A stretch of 64,000 bases of DNA from the NCBI RefSeq assembly GCF_009914755.1, contig NC_060929.1. One strand, written 5' to 3'. Position numbers and translations under genes: made by a program. Below are positions 58,537-64,000 of this stretch, in pieces. Source of the stretch: the human T2T-CHM13v2.0 reference genome, Homo sapiens. Position 1 is the first letter of the stretch; each line of letters begins with the position of its first letter. The notes under the pieces were generated by a model. It was given only the letters and a program-made list of their open reading frames with translations. It was not told the DNA's origin and did no database searches.

Positions 58537-59973
58537 CTAGATAATATTCCATAGTGGGAATCTACATTTAGTCCCTTTTTATGGGCACTTTGTGAAGTGA
58601 ACATTTAATCATATGCAACTTTGCATCCTGGTTTCTTTCACTTAACTTTTTACAGTCCCTTCCCCTTGTCATTGTGAAATGACTACCCATCTCTTCTTCT
58701 TTGAGACAATGGTGACATAGAGACAGGTGTCAAGCAAGACCAGAATATCAGCTGTATTGTTGCAGAGGCTGATCCAGAGAACACAACATGAATCTCTTTG
58801 TACCCCTTATCTTCTGAACTGACTGACCCAGGGACAGGCTTAGCAGGTATGGAACCATGGCCTTGCTGGCGGGCAGTGTCGGCCAATAAGCATGGCACAA
58901 GGAGGACAGATAAAGCCAGCCGTGCAGGCACAATGACTGTTTTTACTTCAGCCTGTCTGGCCTCACCTCCACAACCTCCCTTAGAGGTGAAATAGTTTCC
59001 CACTATGAAAGTACAAGGGCAGGGGAAGTGACTTCTGTTCCAGATGATGAAGCTGAGGCTTGGAGAGATGGTTGGGAGGTGGCCTCAGCTGCTTACCTAC
59101 CCTCATAATCATCTCCTCCTCATTGGGAATCACATTGACAGAAGAGATTGATCATCCCCACAATGGGCTCAGTAATCTTAAGAATCCCACATCTCAAGTA
59201 TCAGTCTCCAGGGTGCCTTACCACTAAGGAAATCTACAGGCTTTCTCGATTCTCTTCTCCTTTCATATCTTTGACATCCTAAACGCTTCTCCCTCAGACT
59301 CCAAAGGAGAGAACAGCTAAGAAGATTAAAACTGTTACAGAATATCAATTAGTTTATAATGAGGGAAATCTGTAAACCTTTTGGTGGACATCTGGTAGAA
59401 ACACAGGATGCAAGAGTCAATATATCTATGGGATATTTTGTGCATCTTAAAAAAAAAAACCCAGGATTTTGTGAATCAAGTACTGTATAAATGATTTACT
59501 GGGAGAGCAAAAAAAAAAAAATCAAATAAATCGCTCAGATTGCATCTGAAGAATCAAAAGCTCCAATGTTTTGGAAAGAGTTGTTTCTGTAGTGGAAAAT
59601 AGCTGCATTATATTTTCAGAAAGGTGATGCTTCTATTGACGTGGGTGAACCTTCTACATTTTAAAAACTTGGTGCAGTAAGAGTGTGGTAAATCACGGAT
59701 ATTCTCCTGATTTTCTTATGAGGATTAAAGTCTAACCTTTTCCACTGTTTTAGTGTTTCCTTAAAAACATAGTGTGGGGGAGTAAAAGCCAATGGAACAC
59801 AAGACTGGGGAACCTTGGATAATATCCCCAGGGAGAGGGCAGAGGAACTGCCCCCTTCTGTCATAGTCTTCCTTAGGAAAGCTCCTGGGCCTTCCTGCCA
59901 GCTGAGGCCGGATGTAAATTCTTATCTACTCAGGGTTTGAAGAGAGATGAGATTTGAGGCTGAAATAAAAGTA

Positions 59974-60053
59974 TTAGGTTGGTGCAAAAGAAATTGTGGT
60001 ATTTGCCATTACCTTTCATAGGAAAAGCCACAGTTACTTTTGCACCAACCTAA
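59974..60053. mobile_element. MADE1 (Hsmar1-derived mariner MITE), 80 bp
   Basis: TIRs TTAGGTTGGTGCAAAAG...CTTTTGCACCAACCTAA; TA on the left, CA (mutated TA) on the right. Confidence 0.93.
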
Positions 60054-62323
60054 CAGTAGGTTCCTTAATAACTAACCTGCTCTAGTGCACACCAGCCAAG
60101 TCCTATTCCCATCATTCACATTCTCAAGCTCAGTAAATGGGGAGCTGAAAGTGCTCATTTGCCTGTATCACAGAGGGAAAAAAAGCAGTGATAGCAATAA
60201 TAATAATGCGACACAGCACCTATATAGCACTTTCTATGTGCCAGGCACTGTTGTAAGCGACTTAAATACATTATGTTTCACTTTATAGGAAGCCTCTTTA
60301 TAGACAACATTTGCCTAAAGGAAAAATTCACATTTAGTAGAGCATTCAAACCAAAATCCAAGAGATTCCCCTTCTCTGTGTGCCCCGCCTGCTAAATAAA
60401 ACAAAAACTTTTAAATAGTGATATGAAATGGCTCCAGCATGACCTTTGATACATCTCTATATGTCTAATAGGTATGTTCTTCTGTTTTCATTTATTATAA
60501 ATCCTCTAAATAATGTTGGTTCTAGCAGGTAAATGAAGCACGTTGGCCAAAAAGTAGGCATTAGTTCTAAGCTACTGCCTGACCCAACCCACGGGCAGCC
60601 TCCAAGTAAACCCATTGCAAACAGAGATACTTCAGAGCTTCTTCCCAATTTCCTTAAAGAACTTCCAGCCCCTGAAGCTTTCAAGAACATCTTTACCAGA
60701 CAACCACAACTCCAGAGTTAATTATGTTTTGATTTGAATCTGGAGGCACCTTTAGAGCTGTTTACATCAGAGGCTTAAAATGCTACCAATTTTCATAGCC
60801 AAAAATAGGCGACAGTTGACAACTCTAAAGATCAAGAAGGCCAAATATACACATTTATATATCATTTATTTATTTCAAATTTTTTTAAAAAGAAAATTCC
60901 ACCACTGTACATTAATATAGTGTTCATGGGTATTGAAAGTTTAATTTCTTTTTTCCCTCTTTTTCTCTTGTTTTACTGTCTCAAATACTGAAATCTCATG
61001 AAAATGGAATTTTTACATCATTATAGAGAACAAAGAAATAGACACGTGTTAAGGCCAAAGTAACATCCCTTCCTCTCGTGTGATTTAGTGACATTAGTTC
61101 CTGTAAAGTATTCACAGATGCAGGCTGCCTTTTCCAGCCTTTGGGGATCCTCAATGTTCACTCAGTTCCTTCGCCTAAAAGACAAAAATGTTCATTCCTC
61201 CTAGTATAATAATAAAATTATTTTATCTGCTTACTTTATAAATGCAGACCTCTTCAGAGATGCCCACCTTATTTATAAGCAACCAGGAATCTCAAAATAA
61301 CCAATAACTTCCTGTCATCTCCTATTTGTCCTCCATTCCTGGGCTTGTTAATGAATTAGATTTATTGGGCATTGTTAATAATCTGCAATGAAGGTGAAAG
61401 CAGGTGGAATTATAAGGCTATGCTTTCTGTCCAGTCTTCTCAGAAATTGTCTTTTTTTTCCTATATGCTGTCAGAACATATGGTTTAGAATATTCTAAAT
61501 AATAACCTCACTCCAGGCTCTGTTAATAGAAAACTCAAACTAACAATTACTTCCCAGAGCCTCCACACCAGCTAGCAGATTTGTCTTAACCAGGCAAGAG
61601 GAAAGACTAGCCCTGACCCTTCACAGCATTCACGTTCTGTTGCCATACGACAGAACTTGAACTCATGAAGGAATGAAAATGACCTGTAAATAGACCTTCT
61701 TCCTGAGCAAAGTGATGCCGAATATTCTTTGTAGTAGACACAAACCCCTGTGTCCTTGCCCCCTTTAGGCTGCAGGGGGATGGAGAACGTAGTCAGGATG
61801 CCAGCTGGGTCCTAAGTCCAGATGTGCCTCAGACCAGTCCCACCCCGTCCTTTCCCCATCCCATGAGCCAGTACATTCTCTTCTTATGTAAACTAGTCAG
61901 AGTTGATTTTCTGTCAGGACTAACCCCAAAGCCATAAGTACTGTCTTCCCTTTTGCGGGTTGGGTGAGGACTGGGTAAGGTACTGCACCGTGACAGGGCC
62001 GGGCACATGGTCATCATTCCTTCAGTGGTTGTTGTTAATGATGCTGTTGTTATGGTGATGCTTGTTATTATTACTGTTACCTGAAATGCTGCGCTACCCT
62101 GTCTACCTCAAAGTCTCATTATGGGAATGAGATGAAATTAAAAATGCAAGATTAATGAGCTAAACGATGCAATGAGGACGTACAAGAGGGTGCTGATTTT
62201 CACAGAAGGAGAGAACCCTGAGGAGAACTTTCTAGTCTGGTGGCCGAGAAAAATGTGACCTTCAAAGCAGACATTCCAAACCTGGAGTGTGCCCCTGCGG
62301 TCTCCAGGTCATCTGGATTCAAG

Positions 62324-62512
62324 CAATGGCTCTTAACTCTTATCCTTATCAGCATCGACTGAAGAGCTTGTTAAATGCAGGTTACCAGGGCCCACCCATA
62401 AAGATACTGATTCGGTGGTTCTAGGGTGGGCCTCAGGAATCTACATTCTTAACAGACATCTCAGATTATTTTGATAGAGTTGAAAAGATCCTCGTACTTT
62501 TGGAAAACACAG
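62324..62512. mobile_element. MER5-type hAT-Charlie element
   Basis: GAGCTTGTTAAATGCAG...GGGCCCACCC...GGGTGGGCCTCAGGAATCTACATTCTTAACA. Confidence 0.65.
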
Positions 62513-62979
62513 GATTCCAGGCATGGCAGGTCACTAAGTGTGCTTTGTGATAGATTTGGATAGTGATGTCTTTGAATGTATACCCTGGGTCAGCAAAAAC
62601 GCATGGCCCTTCTAGGAGGAGATAAGTTAAGATGCCTACAGCCTTGGCCAGACCCCTGTTTTCCAGGATGTCTTGTCCTAAATAATTGCCTTGCTATAAC
62701 AGGCCTGTGTGGATTTATGGTCTCACATTTAATTTCAGCCGCTATTCATTAATCCTGATGATCTCACTTAAATTATTAAACAGTCATATATTCCAATTTT
62801 GAGGGCACTAATTATATCCTTGAGAGGCTGTTATTATGTGGATGATCAGATACACTCAGCCAACACTAAACTGTTTTCTCCTCACTCATCAGAATTTTAT
62901 ACTTTTTCAGGATTTTTTCAGTTGCCACGTGTGTTTTATGTGACAAGATCTCAGAGCTGAGGAGTTATGAAATATGAGA

Positions 62980-63164
62980 GCAGAGGTTCTCAAATTTTGG
63001 TGTGCATAAGAATCACCTGGGAAGAATGTTTAACATGCAGATTCCCCGGGCCCTGTGAGTGTCCAGGTCCTCAGTCTCGGTGGAGTCCAGGAATCTGTGT
63101 TGTAACCAGCTTTCTGAGGATTGTGATGCAGCCAGTTCTGGGACCCTGAGCTGAGAAACTCTGC
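62980..63164. mobile_element. MER5-type hAT-Charlie element
   Basis: CAGAGGTTCTCAAATTTTGGTGTGCATAAGAATCACCTGGG...ATGCAGATTCCCCGGGCCC...TGAGAAACTCTG. Confidence 0.7.
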
Positions 63165-64000
63165 CTTCAGATGTTACTGCTGGTAGAAGCTCTCAAGAGA
63201 TATTTGATGAGAACAAATACTGAGTGATGAGAACAGTCCCCTCATTTTTCAGTAGGGAAACTGACACCCAGAGAGGGGAAAGCTCTCCTTCAAAGCCCCA
63301 CGGCAGAGACACAGCTGACATCTCTGGCCCATTGTAAGGATCAAATGAGATAATAGATGGGAAAGCACTTTGGAAAGTATTCAGCACTCTATAAATACAA
63401 GGAGGCACTATTATTTTCAAGTTGGGCCGGCCTTGTGACAGAAATGGCTTAGTACTTTCTCTCTAAATTACCATAATCACCTGTTTGAGGCCTCAACCAA
63501 GCCCATAACTCTAAATTCACTAGGCATGGAATAAATTCCTCCTGAAATGTCCAATAAAAAATATTTTATAGAAGAATGTGCTTGAGGCCCTGCCTGGTCC
63601 TCGGTCAGAAATTTCCTTTTTTCTGTTGCCTCATCCCATCAATTCTGGGGGGTAGATTACATCTCCTCCAACCTCAGGGTACCTGGTTAAAAAGCCCTAC
63701 TTTCCAGCATGTGGCCCTTCTTGGGACATATAAAACTCACCCATGAACATTTTTGCCCTCAAAATCCTTCCTCAATATGAGCCCACTTCTAACATCTTTG
63801 TGGCTTTGGACATAGGAAAGCTGATATCAGGGCACCCCAGGTCTTAGTTCCTTTAGTTCAGAATACTCACTGGCTCGGGTTTGCTGCCAGTGTCCTTTGA
63901 GGCCAGGTCGCTGATCCTGATGGCTGCCTCTGTGCTCCTGTGTGTGTTTGTCCTGCTGTGTCATGATTAACTGGATAGCTAATTCATATTCATATTACAT

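Overview
This is mammalian genomic DNA, almost certainly human (primate Alu elements; exon translations match my recollection of human GALNT10). The window lies inside GALNT10 (polypeptide N-acetylgalactosaminyltransferase 10, + strand). It holds three internal coding exons with canonical AG/GT ends: 14750-14852, 17878-18016 and 49504-49670 (exons 2-4). These splice in frame to GSHSRQKK...[14 protein letters not shown]...[61 protein letters not shown]. The rest is intron, rich in Alu, L1M, L2/MIR, MaLR/ERVL LTRs, hAT-Charlie and mariner elements, and microsatellites. It also contains an antisense processed HNRNPA1 pseudogene and a 42-nt tailless 5S rRNA retrocopy. Nearly all ORFs in the supplied track are spurious or repeat-derived. 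I see no convincing new multi-gene system. The most unusual sequence-level signals are: (i) a cluster of templated-copy/fold-back scars in and next to an old L1 (24.4-28.1 kb), including a perfect 39-bp inverted repeat; (ii) candidate GALNT10 RNA-processing switches (an in-frame alternative acceptor, an inverted-Alu-bracketed exon 2-3 circle, intron-4 read-through/intronic polyadenylation); and (iii) a small CpG-rich hairpin element near 30 kb. Repeat subfamily names and many repeat boundaries were assigned by eye and are approximate.
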